Shown: piece after piece, positions 1 to 9,187 of the stretch
Layout of the letters: each line of letters begins with the position of its first letter
Position numbering within the stretch: position 1 is the stretch's first letter
NCBI GenBank assembly: GCA_963677925.2
Contig: CAXXYH010000004.1
Coordinates: forward strand, 2,528,001-2,592,000
Direction: 5' to 3'
DNA from: Spirochaetia bacterium
GTDB taxonomy: Bacteria > Spirochaetota > Spirochaetia > UBA9216
Length of the DNA: 64,000 bases
Program-made: the position numbers and the translations under genes
The notes under the pieces: model-generated
Seen by the model: only the letters and a program-made list of their open reading frames with translations
Databases searched by the model: none
Told to the model about the DNA's origin: nothing

Positions 1-983
1 CCAGACCGCTGCTTGCAGATCCGGATTGGCCGGTAAAAGTAAAAACCGGAAAGGTTGATGATATTGTTCCCTGTCTAAGATGTACTTCATGCTATCATGT
101 TGCAACAGAAGGGTTCAGCCTGGGCTGTTCGGTTAACCCGGTATTCTGCCGTGAGGACAGGATCAGACTTGATATGCAGAAGCCCGTTCCTCCTAAAAAA
201 ATTGTAATTGTCGGAGGCGGACCTGCCGGACTTAAAGCCGCCCTGACTGCGTCGGAATACGGTCACAGTGTAATACTTCTGGAAAAAGCTTCCAAACTAG
301 GCGGGCTTGCAAATCTTGCAGATTTTGAGGAACGAAAGATAGATTTAAGAAACTACAAGACCTACCTTGTAAATAAAGTTTTGCATTCCGGTATAGATAT
401 CAGGCTGAATACCGAGGCTACGCCGGATATGGTCAAAGAACTGAAACCGGAAGTACTTATAGTTGGGGTTGGTTCTGTTCCATCACTTGCTCCCATAAAG
501 GGTATTGACCATCCTGCTGTTGTTCAGGCTCTCGATGTATATGAAAATATGGATGACCTCGGGGCCAGGGTTGCTGTCATAGGCGGCGGAGAAATCGGAA
601 GTGAGCTTGGACTCTCTATTGCCGAAACAGGCAGACAGACAACTATTATTGAAATGACGGGTAAGCTTGCACCCTCCGGAAATATTTTATACAGAGAGGG
701 GCTCAAAATTATTATGGATGCAACCCCCGGACTTAATATTCTCTTAAACACTTCCTGTCTTGAGATCACAGAAGCAGGTTTGCGGATTGCCGGCAAGGAC
801 GGGAAAGAAAGTTTTGTTGAAGCTGATTCTATTGTTATTGCTACAGGTATGAAACCCCGAAAAGAGCTTGCAGATTCATTCTACGGCATAGCAGAGGACG
901 TAAGAATCATAGGCGACTGCATGCGGCCCAGAAAGATTGACAGCGCAGTATACGAAGGGTATTTTGCCGTAACTTCAATCTAA
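1..983 (+). CDS. NADH:flavin oxidoreductase (OYE / 2,4-dienoyl-CoA reductase class), 5'-truncated by window edge
   Basis: Frame is open from position 3 (RPLLADPDWP..CLRCTSC..GCSVNP, the 4Fe-4S linker), followed by two Rossmann motifs (GGGPAG, GGGEIG) and IGDC. Confidence 0.9.
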   Translation, partial: RPLLADPDWPVKVKTGKVDDIVPCLRCTSCYHVATEGFSLGCSVNPVFCREDRIRLDMQKPVPPKKIVIVGGGPAGLKAALTASEYGHSVILLEKASKLGGLANLADFEERKIDLRNYKTYLVNKVLHSGIDIRLNTEATPDMVKELKPEVLIVGVGSVPSLAPIKGIDHPAVVQALDVYENMDDLGARVAVIGGGEIGSELGLSIAETGRQTTIIEMTGKLAPSGNILYREGLKIIMDATPGLNILLNTSCLEITEAGLRIAGKDGKESFVEADSIVIATGMKPRKELADSFYGIAEDVRIIGDCMRPRKIDSAVYEGYFAVTSI

Positions 984-993
984 GGAGAATAAG

Positions 994-1800
994 ATGGCAA
1001 CTGCAGTAATAAAAGAGTTGTCCAGGGAAGAGGTGAAAGCGCTCTGTAAAAATACAGGGGCAGCAGGAAAAAGCGGGATAGGTGTCTCCATGCGCAGTTC
1101 CTTTTCAGAGAAGCTTAACGGTAAAAAAATTGAACTGGTATTTGATGATATACCTGAGCTCCTTTATGAAATAACAAATTCGAATGAATTATTCTGGTCC
1201 GGTGATAATTTCAGCGGATCAGAATACTGCCAGATACTCGAACTTGGTACGGATGGTGAACTCTTTCTTGTTAACCATCTACGTGCCGGAACCTTTCCTC
1301 TTGAAAATATCAGCCTTGTTCTCGACTTTAAAACAGGATTATGTACTATAGTTCGTTCCAGACTTGGTGATGCACCAAGACCCCGCGATGTAGAAAGCAC
1401 CTTTCATTTCGGGTATATTAAAAATATCAACCCGCAAAGCAAAAACAGACACCGTTATACGGATGAGCTTGTTCATAAAATTATTGACTGGCATTATGAT
1501 AATGACAATATTTTTATTGTGAAGCATCTGTATGTAAGCAGAGAGCATATGGTTTACTACCTTTGCGAATCTGACGGATCTGACAAAGGCCTTGTTGAAG
1601 CTGCTGAGTGTTCATATATAAAGATAAGGGATGATATTTATATAATGAGCTGGCTTGAGAAGGGGCATCAGGGGATGCAGGGAACAGTTCTGATGGATTT
1701 AAAATCCATGCATGATGTAGGAAGCTTCTTCGGAATAAGCATTAAAAACGTACTGGACAGCTATACCTTTGAAGCCATGGGTGAGTTCTCAACCCTCTAG
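994..1800 (+). CDS. MoaF-family protein (tandem MoaF_N/MoaF_C, PAD-like beta-barrel)
   Basis: Two similar halves (..SLVLDFKTG.. and KIRDDIYIMSWLE..LMDLKSMHDVG); SD AAGGAG upstream. Confidence 0.6.
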   Translation: MATAVIKELSREEVKALCKNTGAAGKSGIGVSMRSSFSEKLNGKKIELVFDDIPELLYEITNSNELFWSGDNFSGSEYCQILELGTDGELFLVNHLRAGTFPLENISLVLDFKTGLCTIVRSRLGDAPRPRDVESTFHFGYIKNINPQSKNRHRYTDELVHKIIDWHYDNDNIFIVKHLYVSREHMVYYLCESDGSDKGLVEAAECSYIKIRDDIYIMSWLEKGHQGMQGTVLMDLKSMHDVGSFFGISIKNVLDSYTFEAMGEFSTL

Positions 1801-1815
1801 AAATCAGAACCATAT

Positions 1816-1842
1816 AAAAAAACCCTTACAAAGTAAGGGTTT
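1816..1842. terminator. Intrinsic terminator between the MoaF-like gene and tRNA-Leu
   Basis: AAACCCTTAC-AAA-GTAAGGGTTT stem; the adjacent A-tract forms the U-tract on the minus strand. Confidence 0.75.
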
Positions 1843-1847
1843 AAAAT

Positions 1848-1932
1848 TACCGAAGACGAGACTTGAACTCGTACAGCTTATACAGCCGGGGGATTTTAAG
1901 TCCCCTGTGTCTACCTATTCCACCACTTCGGC
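1848..1932 (-). tRNA. tRNA-Leu (anticodon UAA)
   Basis: Reverse complement folds as a cloverleaf: acceptor GCCGAAG/CTTCGGT, anticodon arm GGGGA-CTTAAAA-TCCCC, long variable arm, T-loop TTCAAGT; no encoded CCA. Confidence 0.97.
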
Positions 1933-1944
1933 AATTGTGAAGTT

Positions 1945-1973
1945 ATACTAACCAATCAATACGTATTGGTCAA
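1945..1973 (-). promoter_or_regulatory. Putative sigma70 promoter of tRNA-Leu
   Basis: TTGACC-N17-TAGTAT just upstream of the tRNA 5' end. Confidence 0.55.
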
Positions 1974-1975
1974 GC

Positions 1976-2701
1976 TTATTCGGTCAGAATCTTGATTGCT
2001 TCAGAAGCAAGAACGAGGCCGAATACACCGGTTACCGTTGGAAGACTTCCCAGAAATTTTACCGGGCGTCCTTCGCCGCCTGACTCTTCATTAACAAGTT
2101 TCTGTTTTACCGGATGTGCAGGGAATTCTGTCGAGTAGACACACTTTATTCCCTGTGTGATGCCGCGGCGCTTTAGTGATTTTCTAACCAGTCTTGCCAG
2201 AGGGCAGGTGACTGTATCAAACAGATCTCCAACCTTCACAGCCAGAGGATCGCTTCGTCTAGCTGCGCCCATCGATGAAAGAACAGGAATTTCATTAAGG
2301 TAGGAATACGCCAGGAGTTCAGTTTTAGGTCCCACCGAGTCAATGGCGTCGATTACGACATCCGGCTTGTCCGAAAGTATCTCCGGGATTGAACCGGCAT
2401 CAGCAAAGCGGTTTTCCTGAATTATGTTGCAGGCAGGGTTTATGTCTGACAGTCTTTTGAGCGCTACTTCAGTTTTCGGCTTACCAATAGTGCTCTGAAG
2501 CGCAAAAAGCTGACGGTTAATATTACTTATACAGATAGTATCAAAATCGACAATTGTTATATTGCCGACACCGCTTCTTACAAGCGCCTCTGCGGCAAAG
2601 CTTCCGACTGCGCCGGCTCCGAAAAGAACTACTTTTGAGTTCTTAAGTTTTTCAAGTTTCTCAGGTCCAAGGAGTTTCTCTGTGCGTGAAAACCTTTCCA
2701 T
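1976..2701 (-). CDS. tcdA: tRNA threonylcarbamoyladenosine dehydratase (ThiF/E1-like)
   Basis: GAGAVGS, VDFD..SNINRQ, IDAID, SMGAA, CPLAR..RK.L, VYSTE motifs. Confidence 0.9.
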   Translation of the reverse strand: MERFSRTEKLLGPEKLEKLKNSKVVLFGAGAVGSFAAEALVRSGVGNITIVDFDTICISNINRQLFALQSTIGKPKTEVALKRLSDINPACNIIQENRFADAGSIPEILSDKPDVVIDAIDSVGPKTELLAYSYLNEIPVLSSMGAARRSDPLAVKVGDLFDTVTCPLARLVRKSLKRRGITQGIKCVYSTEFPAHPVKQKLVNEESGGEGRPVKFLGSLPTVTGVFGLVLASEAIKILTE

Positions 2702-3452
2702 TATCAATAACCCTCTCGGTCAATTCTTCTATGCTTACGTTTCTAATTTCTGATACTGTATTATAGATATTTTTTAACTGCTGTAAATATTGGATAGTAC
2801 TAAATTCATCAGAATTCATAGTCATATCAGACTCTATCAACAGTTTTTCAACAGGAATTTGACGGATAACTGAATATGATTTATTTGGATTTTTTAGCGA
2901 AGCAGGTGAAAGTGAAATGAAACCGCCAAGTTTTGTGATTCTATGCATTACTTCCGCTGATCCGTAGAACGAATGAATCATAAACCTTATTTTTGTATTA
3001 TTTGCAGCTTCTCCAATCAGTTTAAATATTGAATCCCAGGATTTTACAGAGTGAATTGAAACTGGTCTCCGCAATTCAATCCCGAGATCAAGCTGAGCTT
3101 TGAAAATTTCTAATTGAGTATCCATGTCTAATTTGAACTTAGGTGAGAAATCAAGACCGCATTCTCCGATACCTGCATCAGGATTTGCCTGAAGATACTT
3201 TTTAAGAACCTTGATATCAAAATTGCTTTTGACGTACCAGGGATGTATGCCGAAGAATTTATGTATAGTATCTGATTTTATGCTGTCAGTATCAGATGCG
3301 TTAAAAGAGCTGGAAACAGTATTTGAATTCTCAGGAGAAACAGAATTCAGCAAAAGATTCCCCCCATGAAGTGAGAGCTGATTTAATAGCTCTTCAGGAA
3401 TACTTGTACCCGTTTTTATATGTATGTGCGCATCAAAGAGAGGCGTATTCAT
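2661..3452 (-). CDS. TatD-family hydrolase
   Basis: DAHIH, GIHPW, IGECGLD, SIH, IHS, LLIESD. Confidence 0.9.
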   Translation of the reverse strand: MNTPLFDAHIHIKTGTSIPEELLNQLSLHGGNLLLNSVSPENSNTVSSSFNASDTDSIKSDTIHKFFGIHPWYVKSNFDIKVLKKYLQANPDAGIGECGLDFSPKFKLDMDTQLEIFKAQLDLGIELRRPVSIHSVKSWDSIFKLIGEAANNTKIRFMIHSFYGSAEVMHRITKLGGFISLSPASLKNPNKSYSVIRQIPVEKLLIESDMTMNSDEFSTIQYLQQLKNIYNTVSEIRNVSIEELTERVIDNGKVFTHRETPWT

Positions 3453-3457
3453 ATCAA

Positions 3458-3676
3458 TTACTCTTCTTTTACAAAATCCTTATCCATTGATTCCCTTGAT
3501 TTGAGACTGTTGCAGGTATCACAGAAGAAGCTTACCGCTCCGCAGCCTGCAAGTACGCTGGGTAAATTTTTGCATACTTCGCAGGTAAAGGTAACTTTCC
3601 ACCTGGTTTTACATGAGCTGCAGGTGTAATGGCTGCCTTTTCCTTCAAGATCTCCGCTGCATTCCGGACAATTCAT
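3458..3676 (-). CDS. YfgJ-like zinc-ribbon protein (DUF1407)
   Basis: Four CxxC pairs and the L.GCGAV.FFC..C..LKS motif; SD AGGAG. Confidence 0.8.
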   Translation of the reverse strand: MNCPECSGDLEGKGSHYTCSSCKTRWKVTFTCEVCKNLPSVLAGCGAVSFFCDTCNSLKSRESMDKDFVKEE

Positions 3677-3751
3677 AAAAATCTCCTAAAATATTTAAAA
3701 ATTCTGCAGAAAAAATTTGCTTTCTGCGTACTTAATTCGTAATATTATATA

Positions 3752-3837
3752 TAGGAACGTTTGGGCGACGGACCTCCTTTTTTTTACTTCTTCTCCTTTT
3801 TTTAAAGGGTACCATGTTATGGTACCCTTTATTTTTT
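3752..3837 (+). ncRNA. Candidate small RNA with two anti-SD motifs
   Basis: TTGCTT-N17-TAATAT promoter at 3717-3745; ACCTCCTT and TTCTCCTT in U-rich context; 13-bp hairpin with the U-tract on +; all flanking genes are on -. Confidence 0.45.
3803..3837 (+). terminator. Intrinsic terminator hairpin
   Basis: TAAAGGGTACCAT-GTT-ATGGTACCCTTTA followed by TTTTTT. Confidence 0.8.
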
Positions 3838-5838
3838 ATTTCCCAATTTTGCTTTAAGAGCCGCAAACTGGTCAATAGCCGAGCTGGTATCAAGCACCTC
3901 ATCAGGCTGATGTACTTCTATCAGGTCTCCGGGGATTTCCTCAAGAAAACGTGAAGGCATAGTTTCTGTAAGTTCTCTCATGACACGCCTTGAGCTGCAT
4001 GAAGTAATATATAGTTTTTCACGCGCTCTGGTTATTGCTACATAGAAAAGTCTTCTTTCTTCTTCGATGTTATCCGGATTTTCTTCAATAGAACGGCTGT
4101 GCGGAATGATATGATCTTCAACACCGGCTAGAAAAACCACCCGAAACTCAAGCCCCTTGGAAGCATGTATGGTCATCAGGTTAAGCTTTCCTTCTTCTTC
4201 GTCATCAACGTCATCGCGGGTGACAAGGGTAATCTTGTTTAAGTAGTCATAGATGCTTGGTTTCAGATTATCAGGATCCCGCTCCCAGTTCTCGAAGAAA
4301 TCAAGAAATTTTGATACATTACCGAATTTCCACCTTGCAAGTTTTTCATTCTTGGCGTTATCGGTTATCAGGTATCCCCAGTAATCAATCTCATCAACCA
4401 TGGTGCGCAGAGTTTTGGACATATTCCGCCCTGAGAGAAGCTTTTCCCGGTATCCGTTTATCAGCTCGATAAACTCGGAAATGTTCGCCTTGGCACTGTC
4501 CTTAAGCGATGAATCCTCATCACGGATTAATAGTGTTAATGCCGAGAAAATTGACGTTCCCATGTTTTCTGCCATGCTTCTAACTTTTAGCAGGGTTGTA
4601 TTTCCAATTCCGCGCCGGGGCGTGTTTATAATTCTTAGCAGGTTAACATCGTCATCAGGATTCGATGCAACCCTCATGTATGAGATAATATCCTTGATTT
4701 CCTTGCGCTGAAAGAAGCTCTGACCGCCGGATATCTTATATGGAATATTTTCGGATAAAAAAGCCTCTTCAAGTCCTGCAGTCAGGCTGTTTGTCCGTAC
4801 CAGAACTCCTATTTCATGAAAATGTACGCCTTCTTCGTAATTCAGACGGTGAATCATCTCAGCTATGAAATCAGCTTCCTTAACTTCATTTTCAGGATAA
4901 AAGACCTCAATTGAGCGTCCGGAACCGGTTCCCGTCCAGAGTTCTTTTTCTTTACGGTTTGTGTTATTTGCAATTACATGGTTTGCTGCAGTCAGAATAT
5001 TCTTGGTTGAGCGGTAATTCTGCTCAAGCTTAATCTCTACACGCTCCGGAAAGTCCTTTTCAAAATTGACTATATTCTGATAGTTGGCACCGCGCCAGGA
5101 ATATATACTCTGATCATCATCACCTACTACAACAACGTTCCGGTTTGTTTCACCAAGAAGGCGTACCATCTCATACTGGGCCATCGACGTATCCTGAAAT
5201 TCATCTACCATCAGGTATTTATATCGTTCACGATAGCCTTCAAGAACTTCAGGATGTTCTTTAAAAAGAATCTGGGGTAAAACTATCAGATCATCAAAAT
5301 CAACCGCGTTATAAGCAACCAGGTGCTGCTGGTAGCGCTCAAACAGGGGCTTATAGAAATCGTTTGTATTATCCCAGGGTGTACGTCCGGTTTTAATCTC
5401 TGAAATGAGGTTATTTATAGTATAAAAATCGAGGTTCTCCGCTCCGAAACCGGAATGCCTTGCAGCCTCTTTTATTGCTGCAATCTTATCAGCCTGATCA
5501 TATATAGTGAAATTCTCACGGTAGCCCTCAAGGCAGCTTATAGATTCACGCAGTATTTTCACTCCGAAAGCATGGAAGGTGGATACTGTGAGATGGCTGA
5601 GCTTTTTACCGGTCAGTTCCCTGATTCTTTCTTCCATCTCCCTTGCCGCCTTGTTTGTGAAGGTTAGGGCGAGTATAGCAGACTGGGGAATTCCCTTCTC
5701 CAGCATATGCGCTATCCGGAAGGTTATCATTCTTGTCTTTCCGCTCCCTGCTCCGGCAATAATCAGCACCGGACCGTCAATTATGGAAGCAGCCTGACAT
5801 TGTCTTTCGTTGAGTTCATTTTCAAGCTGTATGGGCAT
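3829..5838 (-). CDS. UvrD/PcrA/Rep-family SF1 DNA helicase
   Basis: AGAGSGKT, TFTNKAA, VDEFQDT, VGDDDQSIY, LEQNYRS, TIHASKGLEF, EERRLFYVAITRA. Confidence 0.97.
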   Translation of the reverse strand: MPIQLENELNERQCQAASIIDGPVLIIAGAGSGKTRMITFRIAHMLEKGIPQSAILALTFTNKAAREMEERIRELTGKKLSHLTVSTFHAFGVKILRESISCLEGYRENFTIYDQADKIAAIKEAARHSGFGAENLDFYTINNLISEIKTGRTPWDNTNDFYKPLFERYQQHLVAYNAVDFDDLIVLPQILFKEHPEVLEGYRERYKYLMVDEFQDTSMAQYEMVRLLGETNRNVVVVGDDDQSIYSWRGANYQNIVNFEKDFPERVEIKLEQNYRSTKNILTAANHVIANNTNRKEKELWTGTGSGRSIEVFYPENEVKEADFIAEMIHRLNYEEGVHFHEIGVLVRTNSLTAGLEEAFLSENIPYKISGGQSFFQRKEIKDIISYMRVASNPDDDVNLLRIINTPRRGIGNTTLLKVRSMAENMGTSIFSALTLLIRDEDSSLKDSAKANISEFIELINGYREKLLSGRNMSKTLRTMVDEIDYWGYLITDNAKNEKLARWKFGNVSKFLDFFENWERDPDNLKPSIYDYLNKITLVTRDDVDDEEEGKLNLMTIHASKGLEFRVVFLAGVEDHIIPHSRSIEENPDNIEEERRLFYVAITRAREKLYITSCSSRRVMRELTETMPSRFLEEIPGDLIEVHQPDEVLDTSSAIDQFAALKAKLGNKK

Positions 5839-5841
5839 AAA

Positions 5842-6321
5842 TCAGACCTGTTTAATAAAGATAGAATGAGCCTGTGCTCCGAAATACATAATCAGAGATA
5901 CAATCAGCCCCGACATGATTACTCCGCCAAGTACGGCAAGACAGGTTTTCTTTCTGTCAAGACCGAGTATCCAGGCTCCTAGTGTGCCGGTATAGGCTCC
6001 GGTGATTGGAAGGGGGATACCCACAAAAAGCATAATTCCTATATATCCGTATTTTTTAACCTGGCTGTGTACTTTAGTCCGTGCCCGGGAGACAAGCTTA
6101 TCAAAAAGGTCTTTATACCAGTTCCATTTGTAGAAAAGTTTATGAAGTGAATCAAGAAAAACATAGACCAGAGGGCCGACAAGGGCGTTTATGCCTACAC
6201 ATAAGATATATGCTGCTATGGGATGCATTCCGTTCAAAACGGCATAGGGAATCGAGCCCCTGAGTTCAAATATCGGTACAAGAGTAAATAGAGCTGAGAT
6301 CAGCCATGTTTTCAAATCCAT
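5842..6321 (-). CDS. Putative small multidrug export protein (COG2426-like)
   Basis: PIFELRGSIP and FVGIPLPITGAYTG motifs; about 4 TM helices. Confidence 0.85.
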   Translation of the reverse strand: MDLKTWLISALFTLVPIFELRGSIPYAVLNGMHPIAAYILCVGINALVGPLVYVFLDSLHKLFYKWNWYKDLFDKLVSRARTKVHSQVKKYGYIGIMLFVGIPLPITGAYTGTLGAWILGLDRKKTCLAVLGGVIMSGLIVSLIMYFGAQAHSIFIKQV

Positions 6322-6436
6322 AATTCATTCTAACAATATAAGTCTGTGTAGTCTATTCTTTACAGATATCTTATTGACAATTCTGTCAAGGAGTGTTAGT
6401 GTTTCTATGCATAAGAACGTAAAAAAGGAGAATCTA

Positions 6437-7432
6437 ATGAAAAAAACATTAGCTGTTTTAATGCTTGCACTTATACTTGCTGTTTCATATGTTTCCGCCG
6501 GCGGAAGTCAGGAAGCTAAAGATGATACAGCCGCAGCCGAAGCTGTACCGTTTAAAATCGGTATATCAAAGATCGTTGCACATCCCGCTCTTGATGCCCT
6601 TGAACAGGGAATTATGGAAGTAGTTTCAGAAAAATATCCTGATACTGTATTCGATCTGCAGAATGCAAACGGTGAAATGTCTACTGCTTCATCAATTGCT
6701 CAGAAGTTTAAGTCAGAGAAGGTTGATCTTGCAGTCGGAATTGCCACACCAACCGCTATCGCTCTTGCACAGGCTATCACCGACGTTCCGGTAATTTTCT
6801 CTGCAGTGACCGACCCGGTTGATGCCGGCCTGATTACAAGCACAGCAAAGGGTGAGGGCAATGTTACCGGTATTTCAGACATGACACCGGTAAAGGAGCA
6901 GATTGAACTGCTGGCTTCTTTAATTGATCTCAAAACTCTCGGACATGTTTATACAAACAGTGAAGCAAATGCGGTAAGGCTTGCAGAAATTGCCGAGCAG
7001 GCATGTGACGAGCTTGGAATCAAGTTCATCGGTACCGGAGTAAACAACTCTGCAGAGGTAAAACAGGCTGCTCAGACACTTGCCGGTAAGGTTGATGCTT
7101 TCTATGTAAGTACAGACAACACAGTAGTATCTGCCATCGCAGCACTGATCGATGTTGCTGAAAAAGCAGAAATTCCAATTTGTTCAGCCGATACAACATC
7201 AGCAGAAAACGGCGGAGTACTTATCTCATGGGGATTTGATTACTACAAGATGGGTAAGGCTTCAGGACGGATGGTTCTTGATATTCTTGAGGGTGCTGAT
7301 CCTGCAGCAATACCGACACTTTTTATGACTGATCCTACTGATATCGATCTGCTTATCGATACAAAAGTTGCCGATGCGCTCGGAATAAATATTCCAGCTG
7401 ATTTACTTTCAAAGGCAAGAACAGTACAATAG
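6437..7432 (+). CDS. ABC transporter substrate-binding protein (COG2984, aromatic amino acid type)
   Basis: Signal peptide; HPALD, IATPTA, AVTDPV, NVTGISD, STDNTV; ATG after SD AAGGAG. Confidence 0.9.
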   Translation: MKKTLAVLMLALILAVSYVSAGGSQEAKDDTAAAEAVPFKIGISKIVAHPALDALEQGIMEVVSEKYPDTVFDLQNANGEMSTASSIAQKFKSEKVDLAVGIATPTAIALAQAITDVPVIFSAVTDPVDAGLITSTAKGEGNVTGISDMTPVKEQIELLASLIDLKTLGHVYTNSEANAVRLAEIAEQACDELGIKFIGTGVNNSAEVKQAAQTLAGKVDAFYVSTDNTVVSAIAALIDVAEKAEIPICSADTTSAENGGVLISWGFDYYKMGKASGRMVLDILEGADPAAIPTLFMTDPTDIDLLIDTKVADALGINIPADLLSKARTVQ

Positions 7433-7436
7433 GCGC

Positions 7437-8336
7437 ATGATCGAAGGCATATTTGTAGAGGGCCTGATTTACGGAATCACGGCCCTCGGTGTTTTTATTA
7501 CATTCCGGATTCTCGACTTTCCGGATCTTACCGTAGACGGAACTTTTCCCTTAGGCGCCGCTGTAATGGCTATTTCACTGACCAGCGGAATGAACATGGG
7601 GGCCGCACTACTACTTGCATTCATAGCAGGTTTTGCGGCCGGCGGAGTAACTGCAATAATTCATAACAAACTCGGCGTTCCCGGCCTGCTTGCCGGTATT
7701 CTGACCATGACTATGCTCTGGTCTATCAATATACGGGTCCTGGGTGACCGCGCTAATCTTTCACTGCTTAGAGTCGATACCATTCTTACAAAGGTAAGAG
7801 ACCTCCTTGCTCCCGCCATTGGTGATACCGCTGCGGTTCTTGTTTTTGTATTTCTGGTAGTACTGATAATCAAGATACTTCTTGATCTGTTTTTTCATAC
7901 CGACCTTGGGCTTACCATGGGAGCCATGGGTGATAATGAACAGATGATAATAAGCCAGGGAGTTAATCCCGAGATGGTGAAAATTATCGGTGTGGGCATT
8001 TCCAACGGGCTCGTGGCTATTTCAGGTGCATTTGCGGCTCAGTATCAGGGCTTTGCCGATGTAAACCTGGGGCAGGGTATTGTTGTTTCCGGCCTTGCAA
8101 TGGTAATGCTCGGAGAGTTTCTGTTTTCATCGAATAAAATCGGATTTCTTACAATGCGTGTAATTCTAGGCGCAATTCTGTATAAGGCGATTATGTACGC
8201 CGGCCGTTATTACGGATACTACATCAAATTGACGCCGAATGACCTTAAGCTGCTTACAGGTATTCTTATTATTGCTTCGCTTGTTGTAAGCAAATACCGC
8301 ACAAAGAAATTAATCTTCCGGAGGCCGGCTAAATGA
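7437..8336 (+). CDS. ABC transporter permease (COG4120)
   Basis: FRILDFPDLTVDG, QYQGFADVNLG. Confidence 0.9.
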   Translation: MIEGIFVEGLIYGITALGVFITFRILDFPDLTVDGTFPLGAAVMAISLTSGMNMGAALLLAFIAGFAAGGVTAIIHNKLGVPGLLAGILTMTMLWSINIRVLGDRANLSLLRVDTILTKVRDLLAPAIGDTAAVLVFVFLVVLIIKILLDLFFHTDLGLTMGAMGDNEQMIISQGVNPEMVKIIGVGISNGLVAISGAFAAQYQGFADVNLGQGIVVSGLAMVMLGEFLFSSNKIGFLTMRVILGAILYKAIMYAGRYYGYYIKLTPNDLKLLTGILIIASLVVSKYRTKKLIFRRPAK

Positions 8337-9124
8337 TTCAACTTGAGAAGGTTAATATAATTTTCGGTGAAGGAACCCCGAACAGAAACCACGTCCTCAA
8401 GGATGTGGACCTGCGCATTAAGAAGGGTGATTTTATTACGATAATCGGGTCCAACGGTGCCGGAAAAACAACACTGTTTAATGTAATTTCAGGAAACAAG
8501 AAACCCACCTCTGGAAGGGTTTCGATTAATGGAGCAGACGTAACCAATCATCCTGAGTATAAACGTGCTGCATATATAGGGCGGATTTTTCAGGATCCGC
8601 TGCTTGGAACTGCCGGAAATATGAGCATAGTAGACAACATGCTTGTTACCGGTAAAAAAGGCTTTAAGGGGCTTAAAATAAGTCTTAACAAGGCAAAAAA
8701 GAAATTCTTTCAGCAGCAGCTTGTAAAGCTTGATATGGAGCTTGAATCAAGGCTTGATGATAATGTAGGAATGCTTTCCGGCGGACAGCGACAGGCCCTC
8801 ACACTGCTTATGATGTCTTTATCAAAGCCGGAGCTTGTTCTTCTTGATGAACACACTGCAGCTCTAGATCCGCGAAACGCAGCAAAGGTAATGGAACTCA
8901 CCACACGCTTTATAGAAGAGCAGGGATTTACTGTTATGATGATTACTCATAACATGCAGCATGCAATTGACTACGGCAACCGTCTGATAATGATGGATGA
9001 GGGCCGTATAATTATTGATATTGAAGGCGATGAAAAGAAATCGCTGACAGTAGAGAAGCTGGTGAAAAAGTTTCATGATATCCGTCAGAAAGATTTTACC
9101 AGCGATGAAGCTCTCCTTTCTTAA
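8333..9124 (+). CDS. ABC transporter ATPase (COG1101)
   Basis: GSNGAGKT, LSGGQRQ, LLDEHTAALDP; ATGA overlap with the permease. Confidence 0.93.
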   Translation: MIQLEKVNIIFGEGTPNRNHVLKDVDLRIKKGDFITIIGSNGAGKTTLFNVISGNKKPTSGRVSINGADVTNHPEYKRAAYIGRIFQDPLLGTAGNMSIVDNMLVTGKKGFKGLKISLNKAKKKFFQQQLVKLDMELESRLDDNVGMLSGGQRQALTLLMMSLSKPELVLLDEHTAALDPRNAAKVMELTTRFIEEQGFTVMMITHNMQHAIDYGNRLIMMDEGRIIIDIEGDEKKSLTVEKLVKKFHDIRQKDFTSDEALLS

Positions 9125-9187
9125 GGAGAGCCTTTTTCTCTGTAAAAGTATTCCGTTTCAGAGGTATTTTCAGACAGGAATAAAGTA

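Noticed and set aside
1848-1932. tRNAs without encoded CCA as pseudogenes (also 42802-42873)
   Set aside because: Common in bacteria that add CCA enzymatically; both have intact cloverleafs, promoters and terminators.
1769-1951. 60-aa ORF on +
   Set aside because: Antisense shadow of tRNA-Leu.
6374-6389. Palindrome TTGACA-N4-TGTCAA as a novel operator
   Set aside because: Can be explained by the -35 element(s) in a divergent promoter region; single copy with no adjacent regulator.
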